Positions 52,443 to 63,003 are shown, numbered from the stretch's first letter. The stretch: DNA of 64,000 nucleotides from an uncultured Candidatus Binatia bacterium (GCA_965214605.1 OZ243961.1:4160001-4224000); one strand, 5' to 3'. Numbers and translations: made by a program. Notes: generated by a model not told the origin, from the letters alone.

Positions 52443-52694
52443 CTATGGGGTGTCGGGCAGCGGAGGCATCTTTGGATAGGACGGCAAATCGGGATCGAGT
52501 CTGTCCCAGGGCTGGGCGCTGGAGGTCCAGATGTTTGCGCTCGGCCGAAACCAGCTAGGGTCATCCAGACTGCCCACCCGGATGCCCATTGTATCACCTA
52601 AGATGGCCAGCCGCGTAAAGAGCGGCGTCCCGCACTCGTGGCAAAAGCCCTTGCGAACCGTGTTGCCGCAGGCGCAGCCTCCGGTAAATGCCAT
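52443..52694 (-). pseudogene. GFA family gene with an in-frame internal deletion
   Basis: FTGGCACG joined directly to NTVRKGFCHECGTPL...GSLDDPSWFRP; central CHCxxC missing; SD gaggagg. Confidence 0.75.
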
Positions 52695-52815
52695 AGGCGT
52701 CCTCCTCATATACTCTCTTCCTAGCATTTTGGCCTTTGACACAAAACCCTTTCCCAAATATGAAGAGAGAGAGACCCGAGAGAGCCTACGGGCGCGAGAG
52801 AAGGAGGATGCTGCT

Positions 52816-53286
52816 ATGCCTTTTCTATCCTTAGATGACGCTGAGCTATGGGACCTGTGTCCGGAAAATATGCGACACGCCATACAGGGCGGTGTGACTG
52901 GTTTGGCCTATTTCCCGCTCGGCGAGTTGAAAGACAACCCGGCAACCGTGGTTGCCCTGCGGATGGGGCCGGGCTGTGTGTTACCCCGCCACGGGCACGA
53001 CTGCTACCGTTTTGAGATTGTGGTCCGAGGGACGCTCGACGTTGGCGAGCGGGTGCTAAAGGTCGGTGACATCATGGTCAGCGAGCCGAACAAAGTCTAT
53101 GGGCCGCATATTGCCGGCCCTGAAGGCTGCACCACGTTTGAGATTTTTAGCAATCACAAAGCCTCCCACGTCGTGCTGTTCGATCTGCCCCAGGGGCTGG
53201 TCGAGTGCGATGTGACAAGCCAGGAGGGCCTCGCCAAACTCCAGCAGGCCATGCGCGAGGACGCCAGCAGAGGGGCCGGGGCCTAG
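52816..53286 (+). CDS. Cupin domain protein
   Basis: PRHGHDCYRFEIVVRG and YGPH cupin metal motifs; SD aaggagg. Confidence 0.82.
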   Translation: MPFLSLDDAELWDLCPENMRHAIQGGVTGLAYFPLGELKDNPATVVALRMGPGCVLPRHGHDCYRFEIVVRGTLDVGERVLKVGDIMVSEPNKVYGPHIAGPEGCTTFEIFSNHKASHVVLFDLPQGLVECDVTSQEGLAKLQQAMREDASRGAGA

Positions 53287-53314
53287 CCGCTCTACTGTCT
53301 GAAGGAGGAGCGCT

Positions 53315-54433
53315 ATGCGTGTGATTGACGGCGACAGCCACTTTATGGAACCGCTTGATCTGTACGTCCGGTACATTGACCCGGCCTTTCGTGATCGGGC
53401 TGTGCGGATTGAGAAGGACGCGGCCAGCGGTAACGCTACGATTGTAGTGGACGGCCGACCGCTCAAGCTGATCAATGCCAACGATCTCTTAGCCGCGGTG
53501 GTGGCCTACGGTCAAAAAGAGGCCGGGCAAGATGTGAGCAATTTTGACCAGTATTTAGCGCTCAGCCCGGACTGGCAGAACATGGACAAACGAGTGGCCT
53601 TCTTGGATACCGAAGGCATTCAAGCCCAGATTATCTATCCCACCCTAGGTCTGTTGTGGGAGGGCACGGTGAGCGACCCGGTATTCGCCGATGCGCTGTG
53701 TCGGGCCTATAACACCTGGGCCTTTGAGCTGTGCAGTGGTCACGCTGATCGGCTGTTCCCTGCCGCCCATATCTCCCTGCGGGACGCCGACTTGGCGGTG
53801 CGAGAACTGACGCGGGTGGCGAAACTCGGCGGTCGCACAATCTTTGTTGCCGCCGCACCGGTCAACGGCCACAGTTTCGGCCATCCCGACCTCGATCCGA
53901 TTTGGGCCGCAGTGCAGGACTTAGACCTCAGTGTCGGTATCCACCTGACCGGCCACCGACACTCGACCGGGCGGCAGTGGTACCGCGACCGCGATCCGGG
54001 CATGATGTTTGTGACCATGAACCTGATTCAAGATCCCCGTATGGCACTCACCACCCTGGTCTACGATGGGGTGTTGGAGCGCTTTCCGCGTCTGCGGGTG
54101 GCGACTATCGAAGCCATGGTTGGCTGGATCGGTGAGTGGTTAGAACGGCTCGACTATCGCTACAAATATATGGGCCATACCTCACAGATGAAACGTCCGG
54201 CCTCGGAATACTTCGCGCGCAATATCTGGGTCAACGGCGATCCTGAAGAAAAGATGTTTCCCCTGATCGTCGAGTTTGCCGGCGATGAAAAGTTTTTTGT
54301 TGGCTCCGACTATCCGCACGCTGAGGGCTTTGTTGAGCCTGTCAAGAAGGCGCGTGAGACCTTATCTACGTTGCCGAGCGAGTCGGTGGACAAGATCCTT
54401 GGCGGCAACGCGGGTCGCTTCTTCGGCATCTGA
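53315..54433 (+). CDS. Amidohydrolase family protein (Amidohydro_2)
   Basis: IDGDSHFME, YNTW, GIH, GVLERFPRL and GSDYPH. Confidence 0.92.
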   Translation: MRVIDGDSHFMEPLDLYVRYIDPAFRDRAVRIEKDAASGNATIVVDGRPLKLINANDLLAAVVAYGQKEAGQDVSNFDQYLALSPDWQNMDKRVAFLDTEGIQAQIIYPTLGLLWEGTVSDPVFADALCRAYNTWAFELCSGHADRLFPAAHISLRDADLAVRELTRVAKLGGRTIFVAAAPVNGHSFGHPDLDPIWAAVQDLDLSVGIHLTGHRHSTGRQWYRDRDPGMMFVTMNLIQDPRMALTTLVYDGVLERFPRLRVATIEAMVGWIGEWLERLDYRYKYMGHTSQMKRPASEYFARNIWVNGDPEEKMFPLIVEFAGDEKFFVGSDYPHAEGFVEPVKKARETLSTLPSESVDKILGGNAGRFFGI

Positions 54434-54968
54434 GCCGTGGGCTGTTCGGGGCAAGCACCGAATCGTGAAAAACCACCTCTCCTCCGCGGAGGCCCGCCGG
54501 AAGTCTTGCTCCGCTGCATCGGTGAGGAGGCGGTCGATCTCGGCCCCCTTCTCCCGATAGAACCCACGCCCCGGTTGCTACGCCTCGCCCTAGGGGACAC
54601 GGCTTCCAAGGGCGAAGCGGACAAAAGCGTCTTCATAGAATGGAGCAGCGTTGCAGCCGCCAGATGGGAGTGCTGCCGTATCCGCTGTGAGGCCTAGAGG
54701 TCATCGAGCCCATCCGCCCCTGCCTCCAGGCGGCTGGAGAGAGGGGAGGGAGAAGCGGCCACCTCGACTGTCATCAGAAGCGACCTCCGTGGCTTGCTCC
54801 TCCGCAGGAAACGTTTCTTGCCGTAAAGGTGTTGTGCATTGAGGGTCGATGGGCAGTCTGAGCTCCTGATGAGCCACAGTCCTCTTGAGCAAGCCTAACC
54901 GGCCTCGTTGGGCATCCGGCTGGTCAAGATCAGTCGGGGCGATCCTGACCGGACGTTAAACGCTGCCT

Positions 54969-56189
54969 CTACTGGACCTGATCCCACCAGGCCGAGGAAT
55001 GAAACGCCTGGCCGACAGTTAGCAGCTCACCTAAACGCGGGGTGACTAGCTCGACCTTGTTTTCCCGAGCTGTCTTCAGCGCCCGCTTGATCGGTTCGTC
55101 CCAGTCGTGGAGACCCAAGTTGAACGTTGCCCAGTGTACGGGTAACAGGATCTGGCCTCGAACGTCGCGGTGAGCCTGAATCGCCTCTTCCGGATCGATG
55201 TGGACATCGTGCCAGTAGTCGCTTGGCCCATAGGCACCGATTTTGAAAATTCCGAGGTGAAACGGTCCGAAGCGCTGGCCGATATGTTGAAAATGGTCCG
55301 AAAAGCCCGTATCGCCGCTGTAGAACACCCGGTGTTGCGGACCGAGGGCTGTCCACGACGCCCACAGCGTTTCCATCCGATCAAGCAGCCCTCGTCCCGA
55401 GTAGTGCTGGGAGGGCGTGCAGACAAAGGTAATCTGGCCCAGCTGGTGTGATTCCCACCAATCGAGGTCTGTAATCTGACTGGCCGGAATGCCCCAGGCT
55501 TCTAAATGAGCCCCAATGCCCAGGGGTACGAGAAAGTGGCTGCCCATAGTCGCCAGGTGTTGGGCGGTGTGCATGTCAAGGTGATCGTAATGATCGTGGG
55601 AGATGAGCACCGCATCAATCGGTGGCAGATCGGACAGCGCAATCGGTGGCGGTGCAAAGCGTTTTGGGCCGATCCACTGAAACGGTGATGCATAGTCTGA
55701 GAAGATCGGGTCGAGCAGAAAGCGCAGGCCGTCCATTTCAATCAGCACGCTGGAGTGGCCTAACCAGATGGCGCGCAGACCTGGGGGTGGGGGTGTAATG
55801 AAAGACGCGGGGTGAACCGGGACGAACGGCAGCAGAGCGGGCGGGCGGCGAATTTGCTGCCCAAAGAGGCGCTGTCCCAAGAAATACCACAGGTCTCCCC
55901 AGTTGAAATCGCCCAAGGGCTGGGCGTTGAGAAAGTGACCGTCCGCGCTATGTGGAGAAGCCTCGATGCGGGTCTGCCGCTGACCGCTGGCTCTGTTTCC
56001 AAACGAGGCACAACTGCTGAGCGTGATGGCGATAGCGAGGGTAAGCAACGCCAGGACACCGAGGGACCAGCGCAGGATTGTCGTGGCAAGTGCACGGGAC
56101 GCACGTCTATTCAAGACTATCGGCATAGGTAAGACAAGCAAGAATGTCTTCTTGGGCTGATAATTGGGATCGTCCTCGTTGTTTATCAC
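54969..56189 (-). CDS. MBL-fold metallo-hydrolase (RomA/NAPE-PLD-like)
   Basis: WLGHSS, SHDHYDHLD, QHYSGRG, SGDTG and PVHWATF; start uncertain. Confidence 0.9.
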   Translation of the reverse strand: MINNEDDPNYQPKKTFLLVLPMPIVLNRRASRALATTILRWSLGVLALLTLAIAITLSSCASFGNRASGQRQTRIEASPHSADGHFLNAQPLGDFNWGDLWYFLGQRLFGQQIRRPPALLPFVPVHPASFITPPPPGLRAIWLGHSSVLIEMDGLRFLLDPIFSDYASPFQWIGPKRFAPPPIALSDLPPIDAVLISHDHYDHLDMHTAQHLATMGSHFLVPLGIGAHLEAWGIPASQITDLDWWESHQLGQITFVCTPSQHYSGRGLLDRMETLWASWTALGPQHRVFYSGDTGFSDHFQHIGQRFGPFHLGIFKIGAYGPSDYWHDVHIDPEEAIQAHRDVRGQILLPVHWATFNLGLHDWDEPIKRALKTARENKVELVTPRLGELLTVGQAFHSSAWWDQVQ

Positions 56190-57253
56190 CGAGGGCGTCC
56201 AACCCGTGGAATGTCTTTCATCTCTTGGTCAATCAGCTCCGCCCGAACCAGCCGAGTCCCGTCGACTAGGGCCTTCAGTTTACCCCGTGCCGCGGTACGC
56301 GAGCGGGGTACCAGGCCGCAGTCGGTACACGGGTAGAGCCGTTCGGGTTCGACATAGGGGAGGGCGGCCCGAATGCGGGCGGCCACGGTATGTGGAGTTT
56401 CGATGTGTTCGGTGCCGACATCTATCACTCCGACCATCAGGTCTTTGCCTGTGGCCAGGCCGAGGACCGAGGGATCAACGCCCGAAGCCGCGCATTCAAC
56501 CGAGATCATGTCAAGCGTGCTAGTCCGCAACAGGGGCAGGGTGCGACTGTAGTGGCTCCAATCGGTGTTGCTGTTTTTCCAGGCCAAAACTTGGGGAACG
56601 CCGTAGCCGTAGCAGATGTGGACAGCGGTTTTGGCACGGACCCCTTGGGCCGCTGTCTCAAGCGTCCTGAGGCCCCACTCCTCTACCTCGTCAACAAAAA
56701 TGTTAAAACACGGTTCGTCAAACTGCACGATATCGCAGCCGTTTGCAGCCAGCTCGTGAGCCTCTTGGTTGAGTGCCTGAGCAATGTCGTGGGCCAGCTG
56801 CCGCCGGTCGCCATAGTGTTCATCGGCCAGGGTGTCGGCCGTTGTCATTGGCCCCGGGAGGGTGACTTTGACCGGGCGGGTGGTGTGACGTTTCAAGAAG
56901 CTCAGCGCCTCAACAAATATGGCGGCCTGGCGCCTGACCGGGCCGGTCACGCGGGCGACGTCAATCTCAAGGCCGTACCGGCCACCACGGGTGAGCCGTT
57001 TGACCATGATGGTGAAGTCAATCCCACTCAATTGTTCGCTAAAGCCCCAGATGTAGTGGCGTCGCCGCTGCTCACCGTCGGTCAGAATATCAAGCCCGGC
57101 CTCTTCCTGGTCGCCAACGGCTAAGCGTACGGCATCGTCGTGGCCCTCTTGGAGTGCCGGGCCGTCTAAGGCCCAGCTCAGCGAAGAAACCTGCTGGGGC
57201 GGAAACAGCCAGGTCGGGCGTGGGAGACTGCCGACAAGCATGGTTCGCAGCAT
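56186..57253 (-). CDS. Cobalamin-independent methionine synthase II family (single-domain MetE-like)
   Basis: VGSLPRP, TDGEQRR, TLPGPMT, QFDEP; Zn ligands in HICYG and TDCG. Confidence 0.88.
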   Translation of the reverse strand: MLRTMLVGSLPRPTWLFPPQQVSSLSWALDGPALQEGHDDAVRLAVGDQEEAGLDILTDGEQRRRHYIWGFSEQLSGIDFTIMVKRLTRGGRYGLEIDVARVTGPVRRQAAIFVEALSFLKRHTTRPVKVTLPGPMTTADTLADEHYGDRRQLAHDIAQALNQEAHELAANGCDIVQFDEPCFNIFVDEVEEWGLRTLETAAQGVRAKTAVHICYGYGVPQVLAWKNSNTDWSHYSRTLPLLRTSTLDMISVECAASGVDPSVLGLATGKDLMVGVIDVGTEHIETPHTVAARIRAALPYVEPERLYPCTDCGLVPRSRTAARGKLKALVDGTRLVRAELIDQEMKDIPRVGRPR

Positions 57254-57272
57254 GGAGGGCTCCTGTGGCTGT

Positions 57273-58238
57273 CTACTTGATTGCAATCGGATTGACCGGT
57301 GAGCCGCAGCCGCCGACCAGCTTGAGCGGGGCGCCGGCAAACAGAAAGGTGTACTGTTTGTCCTGCTCGCAGTGATCGGCCAGGTCTTTCAGCCATACGA
57401 TTTCGTTGAAGATCACCCCGAGATTGCACAGCAGGGCAGCGTGCAGCAAACCCAAACCGCCGGTCTCGGGATTAATGGCCTGCTCGCAGCCGACCGTGTC
57501 GGCGCTGATTGAGGCAATCTCCATGTCGTGAAACCATTCGACCAGCTCTTTGCTGTATTCAAGACCAGGCTCGTCGAATTCACCATCGGGGAAAAACGCG
57601 TCCTGGCCCTCCTCGTAGAAACGGTTGAGCCAGCCGGTGTGGAGGAGGAGGATATCGTGCTTTTCGATACTCACCCCTTGTTTGTCAGCCGCTCCCAGCA
57701 GGTCGTCAAGGCTCACCCCTTCGCCCCGCTCTAAGTGCTTTTTGCCCTTGTAGCGGGCGGCGTCAATCAGGAGGCCGTGACCAATGACACCCCGGTCGGC
57801 GATCGGCTCAATTGAGCACTTTTGGAGCGCCCCGATCGTTGTTTTGGGATCGTAGCCGTTATAGATCTTGTCCCCATACCAGGCGTGTCCGAGCGCGTCA
57901 TACTGGGTCGTCCCCTGGGGGAACATCACAATGACGTCGTCCGAGTACTTGAGCCCGCCGGGGAAGGGCTGGGCCCGGCCGCTGATATACGAGCCCTCGT
58001 CATTGGTCTGGGTCCGGATCGGTTGAGCACGAATCGGGTGGAGGGGGTCGCCCTGAGGTCGGGCGACCGGGACGCCAAGCATAAACGTCTTGCCGTGTTT
58101 AACTGCCCGGATGCCGCGTAAGACCTCCTGGTCGGTCAGAAAATTGAGACAGCCGATCTCGTCGTCCGCCCCCCAACGGCCCCAGTTTCTCGGTGCGTCC
58201 TTGAGGATCTCGGTATGTTCGATGGGTTTGTCTGGCAT
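57273..58238 (-). CDS. Cyclase family protein
   Basis: NWGRWG.DDEIG.LN, QGTTQYDALGH, DILLLHTGW and GSPVNPIAIK. Confidence 0.9.
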   Translation of the reverse strand: MPDKPIEHTEILKDAPRNWGRWGADDEIGCLNFLTDQEVLRGIRAVKHGKTFMLGVPVARPQGDPLHPIRAQPIRTQTNDEGSYISGRAQPFPGGLKYSDDVIVMFPQGTTQYDALGHAWYGDKIYNGYDPKTTIGALQKCSIEPIADRGVIGHGLLIDAARYKGKKHLERGEGVSLDDLLGAADKQGVSIEKHDILLLHTGWLNRFYEEGQDAFFPDGEFDEPGLEYSKELVEWFHDMEIASISADTVGCEQAINPETGGLGLLHAALLCNLGVIFNEIVWLKDLADHCEQDKQYTFLFAGAPLKLVGGCGSPVNPIAIK

Positions 58239-58250
58239 GTTCTCCTCCGT

Positions 58251-58943
58251 TCAGGTTTGGAGTTGTTTTCGCGCCTTCTCGGTAAATTCCTGGGCCGCCT
58301 TCTCATCTTTGAGCAGGCTCTTGATTTTGACCGGGACCTCGACGCCCCTGCGACAGGCTGGCCGGGCTTTTATGGCGTCCATCCAGCGTCTGAGGTTGGG
58401 AAGGCCGTCGATGGACACGCCCGACCATTTATACGTCCGCACCCAGCACCAGTTGGCAATATCGGCAATCGAGTAATCTCGCCCCAGCCATTCGCTCTCG
58501 CTCAGGCGGCGTTCAAGCACCTCGAATAAGCGCCGACACTCGTGTTGATAGCGATCAATGGCGGGCTGAAGCTTGTCTGGAAAATAGCGGAAAAAGACGT
58601 TGGCCTGGCCCATCATCGGACCAACGCCCCCCATCTGGAACATCAGCCACTGGATTACCTCGGCCCGCGCCTTGGGCTCGGTGGGGAGTAAGCGGCCGGT
58701 TTTCTCAGCCAAGTAGACCATAATTGCCCCGGTTTCAAAGACGGTGATATCGGCTCCGCCAGACGGATTGTGGTCGACGATGACCGGAATCCGACCGTTG
58801 GGGTTCAGTTTCAGAAACCACTCCTGCTTTTGTTCGTTGTCCCCTAGGTTAACCGTGTGAACGGTGTAGGCCAGGTCGAGTTCTTCCAGTGTGACCGAGG
58901 CTTTGTGACCGTTCGGGGTAGGGGCGGTATACAGCTCTATCAT
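58251..58943 (-). CDS. Nu-class (YfcG/YghU-like) glutathione S-transferase
   Basis: [31 protein letters not shown] and SIADIA. Confidence 0.92.
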   Translation of the reverse strand: MIELYTAPTPNGHKASVTLEELDLAYTVHTVNLGDNEQKQEWFLKLNPNGRIPVIVDHNPSGGADITVFETGAIMVYLAEKTGRLLPTEPKARAEVIQWLMFQMGGVGPMMGQANVFFRYFPDKLQPAIDRYQHECRRLFEVLERRLSESEWLGRDYSIADIANWCWVRTYKWSGVSIDGLPNLRRWMDAIKARPACRRGVEVPVKIKSLLKDEKAAQEFTEKARKQLQT

Positions 58944-58958
58944 GGTGTAATTCTCCGG

Positions 58959-59957
58959 TTAACCCTGCAGGACGCGCAGACAACCGGCCTGCTCCAGGAC
59001 TGTGTTCAGGCTGCTTTTGTCGGCCACCGCGGCGTACTTCTTGCGCAGGGCTTGAAAGGATTTGGCGTGATATTTCTGGGGCTTCTGGGTCCAGATACGA
59101 CCGTTCAGATCGACGCTGAACTGCTCCTGACCGGTGGCAACCGCCTCGGCGTTAGCCAGCGTCCAGGGCAGAAAGCGAGCGCCGACCTGTTGTTCAAGAA
59201 ACGGCAGCAGCGTCGGCTCCAGACTCGACCACGGCTCAAAGTCTCCCTCGGCGCGTGGCCACAACATACGCTGTACCCAGGCTAGCACGTGTGAGGCGCG
59301 ACCCTCCACAAATGCGCACGGAGTCGGATCGGTCCAGGCGTTATAGATTTGCCCCCACAGACCCAAATCACCGAACGACGGTCGCGCTCCAAAGAGGTAG
59401 GCCCGCGTGCTGAGATGGGCTTCGAGCTGCTCGATCGCCTCACAAAAGGATTCCTCAATCAGGGGCGCTGTCTGCTCGTTGGAGCCCACAAACCACACCC
59501 GGTTGACCATGCGTTCTCGGACCTGGGCAACCATCTGGGCGTGCTGTTTGTCGTCTGCCCAAGGCATCATCATACGGGCGATACGGCCGGCCGAACTCAG
59601 CTGATCGACCTCACGTGCCCAGCGGTAGTGAAACATCCATTTATTGCCCCATTCGTCGCCAAACTCTTCAATCAGGGCCGAGAGAAAACCGCTGACCGGA
59701 TCGGCAGGGTGGATGGAAGGCTGGGGGTAGAGGGCTTCGAGCTGCTCGATAATCGGGGTCGAGTCCTGAATACCCTTGTCCTGGGGGGTGACAACCAGCG
59801 GAATGATCGGGATCTTGGCGTATTTTTTATACTCATCCTGTACCGCCGCGCTGCGGATAATCCATTCGTGGGGGATGTCTTTATAGCGGCAGTAGGAACG
59901 AACCTTGACCGAGTAGGGTGAGAGTTCGGCACCAAAGATACGATACTGGTCGGCCAT
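58959..59957 (-). CDS. Glutathione S-transferase family protein
   Basis: LSPYSVKVR, IPLV...QDSTPII, DEWGNKWMFHYRW and YLFGARPSFGD. Confidence 0.88.
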   Translation of the reverse strand: MADQYRIFGAELSPYSVKVRSYCRYKDIPHEWIIRSAAVQDEYKKYAKIPIIPLVVTPQDKGIQDSTPIIEQLEALYPQPSIHPADPVSGFLSALIEEFGDEWGNKWMFHYRWAREVDQLSSAGRIARMMMPWADDKQHAQMVAQVRERMVNRVWFVGSNEQTAPLIEESFCEAIEQLEAHLSTRAYLFGARPSFGDLGLWGQIYNAWTDPTPCAFVEGRASHVLAWVQRMLWPRAEGDFEPWSSLEPTLLPFLEQQVGARFLPWTLANAEAVATGQEQFSVDLNGRIWTQKPQKYHAKSFQALRKKYAAVADKSSLNTVLEQAGCLRVLQG

Positions 59958-59983
59958 GGAAGTCCTTTCTGTAGCAGGCTGGG

Positions 59984-60748
59984 TTAGAAATCGAGGGGCA
60001 GGCTGAGATGCTGCTCGAAGATGAAGTCTCGGTGCTCAATGAGAACCGGATCAATCGCCGACTCTACCGCACTCCGGACAGGTGCCCAGATGGTCCGGAA
60101 AAAATTCGGCATAGGGTTCTTGTCGGGCGGATAGGAATCGACAATCTGCGACATATTGGCCCAGTACAGATCCAGCGCGCTCAGCTGGGTCCCGATAAAA
60201 TACGGACTGCCATCCCGCTTTTGGGCGTGGAGCCGGTCCGAGAGGGCCCGAAGAATAGGCCTCATTTTTGTCGGAGCCGCGGCCGCGTTATCGGCCGAGT
60301 AACCATAGGCCGACACCATCGGCGACTTCTTAAACGCCTCGCCCTGAATCTTCAGGACGGTGTCGAACATGATATGGCGCGCCTGCCAGGTGAAACCCTG
60401 CTCTCCGCACAGCTCATTGGACAGGCCAATCATCAAAGCACGGTCTTCGACCCTGGATGGCACCAGCGACGGAGTGGGGGCGAGCCGCTCGGCCAAGAGC
60501 AGGATCTCGTACCAGCCGGTCCGGGGCGGCTCGTTTTCGTACACAGCGACCGGTGCGTTACGATGTCCGGTCCATGTCACCAGCTCTTCGTTGGCCTCAC
60601 CCCCGTGCTGGGCAACCGCGACATAGGGAATCTTTTTGACCTCCAAGATGCTTTTGGCCGCTTGGCTCCACGGTGCTGGACCGCCGCTGGTCAGGGCCAG
60701 ACGCAGGCCGGGCAGGTCTTTGGCTTGGGCAACGGTTTTGTATTCCAT
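59984..60748 (-). CDS. GST-like protein
   Basis: PAPWSQAAK..L.VKKIPY, NAPVA and YFIGTQLSALDLYW capping box. Confidence 0.75.
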   Translation of the reverse strand: MEYKTVAQAKDLPGLRLALTSGGPAPWSQAAKSILEVKKIPYVAVAQHGGEANEELVTWTGHRNAPVAVYENEPPRTGWYEILLLAERLAPTPSLVPSRVEDRALMIGLSNELCGEQGFTWQARHIMFDTVLKIQGEAFKKSPMVSAYGYSADNAAAAPTKMRPILRALSDRLHAQKRDGSPYFIGTQLSALDLYWANMSQIVDSYPPDKNPMPNFFRTIWAPVRSAVESAIDPVLIEHRDFIFEQHLSLPLDF

Positions 60749-60777
60749 ATGAGGCGTTCCTTTCTCGTGCGGAGTCT

Positions 60778-61425
60778 CTAATCCACGATCCGAATCTCGT
60801 GCCCCTGGGCTATGACCGGAGTTTGAACCAGATCGATAAAATTGTCCGGTTCAAGGTCGACCAGATCGGCAGCGTACAGATTGTCGCCATCCAGCCAGAG
60901 TTGGGCGATGCCGTCATACTCTTGTTCTTTGGCCGGATTAACGAGGTTGACGGTGTAGCGCCTGGCGTTTGGCGTGCGCTTAACTGCGGCTACGACGTTT
61001 GGGACGTGGGTCTCAAGCCAGTACTGGTCTAAATAAGCGCGATCAACCCCTGATCGGCGCTTGACGAAAAAGGTGAACTTGGTTGTTGCCCGGCTGGTTG
61101 GGCCGGCGACGTTGAGATGTTCGGTCACCGTCAGCCAGCTGCCCTTGGTGATACCGGCGTAGTCGCTAAAACGGTCGTCCATAATTTCGGGCGGAGCGTT
61201 GCGTCCTATACCGCTGTCGTAGTGCTGCTTATCGCGGAACCAGAGTTCGGCCATGCCGTCCAGCCCATGGTCGTCATGCTCGCGTTGATCAAAAAAGGTG
61301 ATCCGATAGCGTTCCGGCTTGGCGATCTTTACCACGTGCGGAGCGTGGATCGTTTCCCACACCTTGACCAGTTCGTCGTGTGAGACGCCGGCGCGGCGGA
61401 CTACCGTGGCGAGTATCTTCAACAT
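60778..61425 (-). CDS. Tandem EthD-domain protein
   Basis: Two repeats: RRAG..W..IHAP..DGMAELWF and RRSG..W..THVP..DGIAQLWL; SD aaggagg. Confidence 0.85.
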   Translation of the reverse strand: MLKILATVVRRAGVSHDELVKVWETIHAPHVVKIAKPERYRITFFDQREHDDHGLDGMAELWFRDKQHYDSGIGRNAPPEIMDDRFSDYAGITKGSWLTVTEHLNVAGPTSRATTKFTFFVKRRSGVDRAYLDQYWLETHVPNVVAAVKRTPNARRYTVNLVNPAKEQEYDGIAQLWLDGDNLYAADLVDLEPDNFIDLVQTPVIAQGHEIRIVD

Positions 61426-62621
61426 AGCGTCCTCCTTAGTGACATGACTGCCAGGCTCGTGGTCTGTCGCGCGTCAGTATAATCGGAAGCGCCAGCGGCG
61501 TCCATGGAGGCCGCTAGGGTGGACGGGTGACCGGTGTGGTCGAGGCGCGGGAGAGAACAGGACTCTCGACCTGGCTGCGGTCCCACCATATTGAGCAGGG
61601 TGACCGGCAGGCGCTGGACGAGGATACCGAAGTGCCGCTGAGCGCCGCCGGTCCTCTGCCACATCACTTTGACTCAGCAAGGTCTCCAGCGACGTCACCC
61701 TCAGGCCGTAATCTAGAATGACACAGGTGTCGTCAATGCCGAAGATGGGCGACGTGCACGACGGAGCTAGTGTTGGCCGTCTCAGCCGGGCCATGGGCGG
61801 TTGAAGCTGAGGGCAAATCCCGGATAGGCCTGCTCGTCGACTCTTTTGTCCCAAGATGAGGGAGACGAGTGTTGGTCGCCAAAGCGGGCCTCAACCCCTA
61901 GAGTTGCTCAGCTGGCTAAACGCCTCGCTCCACAGTCTCTGATTAGTCGGGCGGGGGCCAATTCCCTTGATTGGAACCCGGTGTCGTCGACATAAATCGT
62001 TGGTAACCAAAAGAAGATGCTTGAGCGGGATGTCCAGGACGCTCAGGGCCAGGATGATGGGAGGGACCGCGTTGATAAAACGCTCCGAGAGCCTGACGGG
62101 ACGCTGACGAAGTCTGCTGTTGAGTTGCGCGGCCAGCAGCGGCGACTTGGTCAGGGTGCCGACGTGATCCTCTGATGATGGAGGATTGAGCCGGGGGTTT
62201 ATGGCCAGGGCGGGGAGGCATCCACATTCGTCGGCGTCTGCGCTTGACTGGTGGGAGCTGTAGAAATTGTGCTCGCCAACTCTGACCACGCCTATTGTAG
62301 CTCGGGAGGTCCGAGAGCAGCCCGATTCCGCCCCGCCCTGTCGGGTGTCGTGTTGGGGGGACAGGAGCGAAATCCGGGACGGGGTGCGATTGAGCCCACA
62401 GAACCGTTCGACCGCCGTCGTGCGGCTGAAACCCTACCGGTTGGCATGATCTTCGGCCTGGACGTACAGGGAAAGCGGACCGTCTCCAAGCGCAGACAGG
62501 TCCGGCATGTCGGCTATGGACCACGTCGGTTCGCGGTACGACAGGCTGCTTGCCCAGAGAGCCGAGGGACGGACGATGACGATCTGGTCAAAGGAAGAGA
62601 GAAGAAACTCAATGACTGAGA

Positions 62622-62672
62622 GAATTTCTCCTCCAACATTGTCCCGCAAATCATACCGAATTTCTCCTCCAA
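62622..62672. repeat. 15-bp direct repeat, two copies
   Basis: GAATTTCTCCTCCAA at 62622-62636 and 62658-62672. Confidence 0.8.
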
Positions 62673-63003
62673 TTTGAATGACATTCAGGGTGGAGCAAAA
62701 TCAACAGAGCGCCCGGCGCCGGATTCGAATCGTCAGCCACACTCAAACCGGCCTCTCTGGACCTAAATCGCTACTCAGTCAATTGAGATATCGCCGATAT
62801 CCACGCGCCCTGCCAGTGACCCCTCAACACTACGAGCCCCCTCTGCTCGTCCTGCTGTGTTGGTGTGGGGTAGGCCTGTGTCAGTTCATACAAAACAGGG
62901 GGCGGAACTGAGACTAGCCGGTCATTTTTTGCTCCGCCCCTGGCTGCCCTGGAGCGGTTTTGGTACAGTCCGCTTATCACGTTGTTCAGAAATGGAGAGA
63001 GAT

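Noticed and set aside
61891-62289. SPLLAA as a reverse-transcriptase remnant
   Set aside because: No PQG or YxDD motif; the similarity is too short.
62622-62672. Direct repeat as a CRISPR array
   Set aside because: Only two 15-bp copies and no cas genes.
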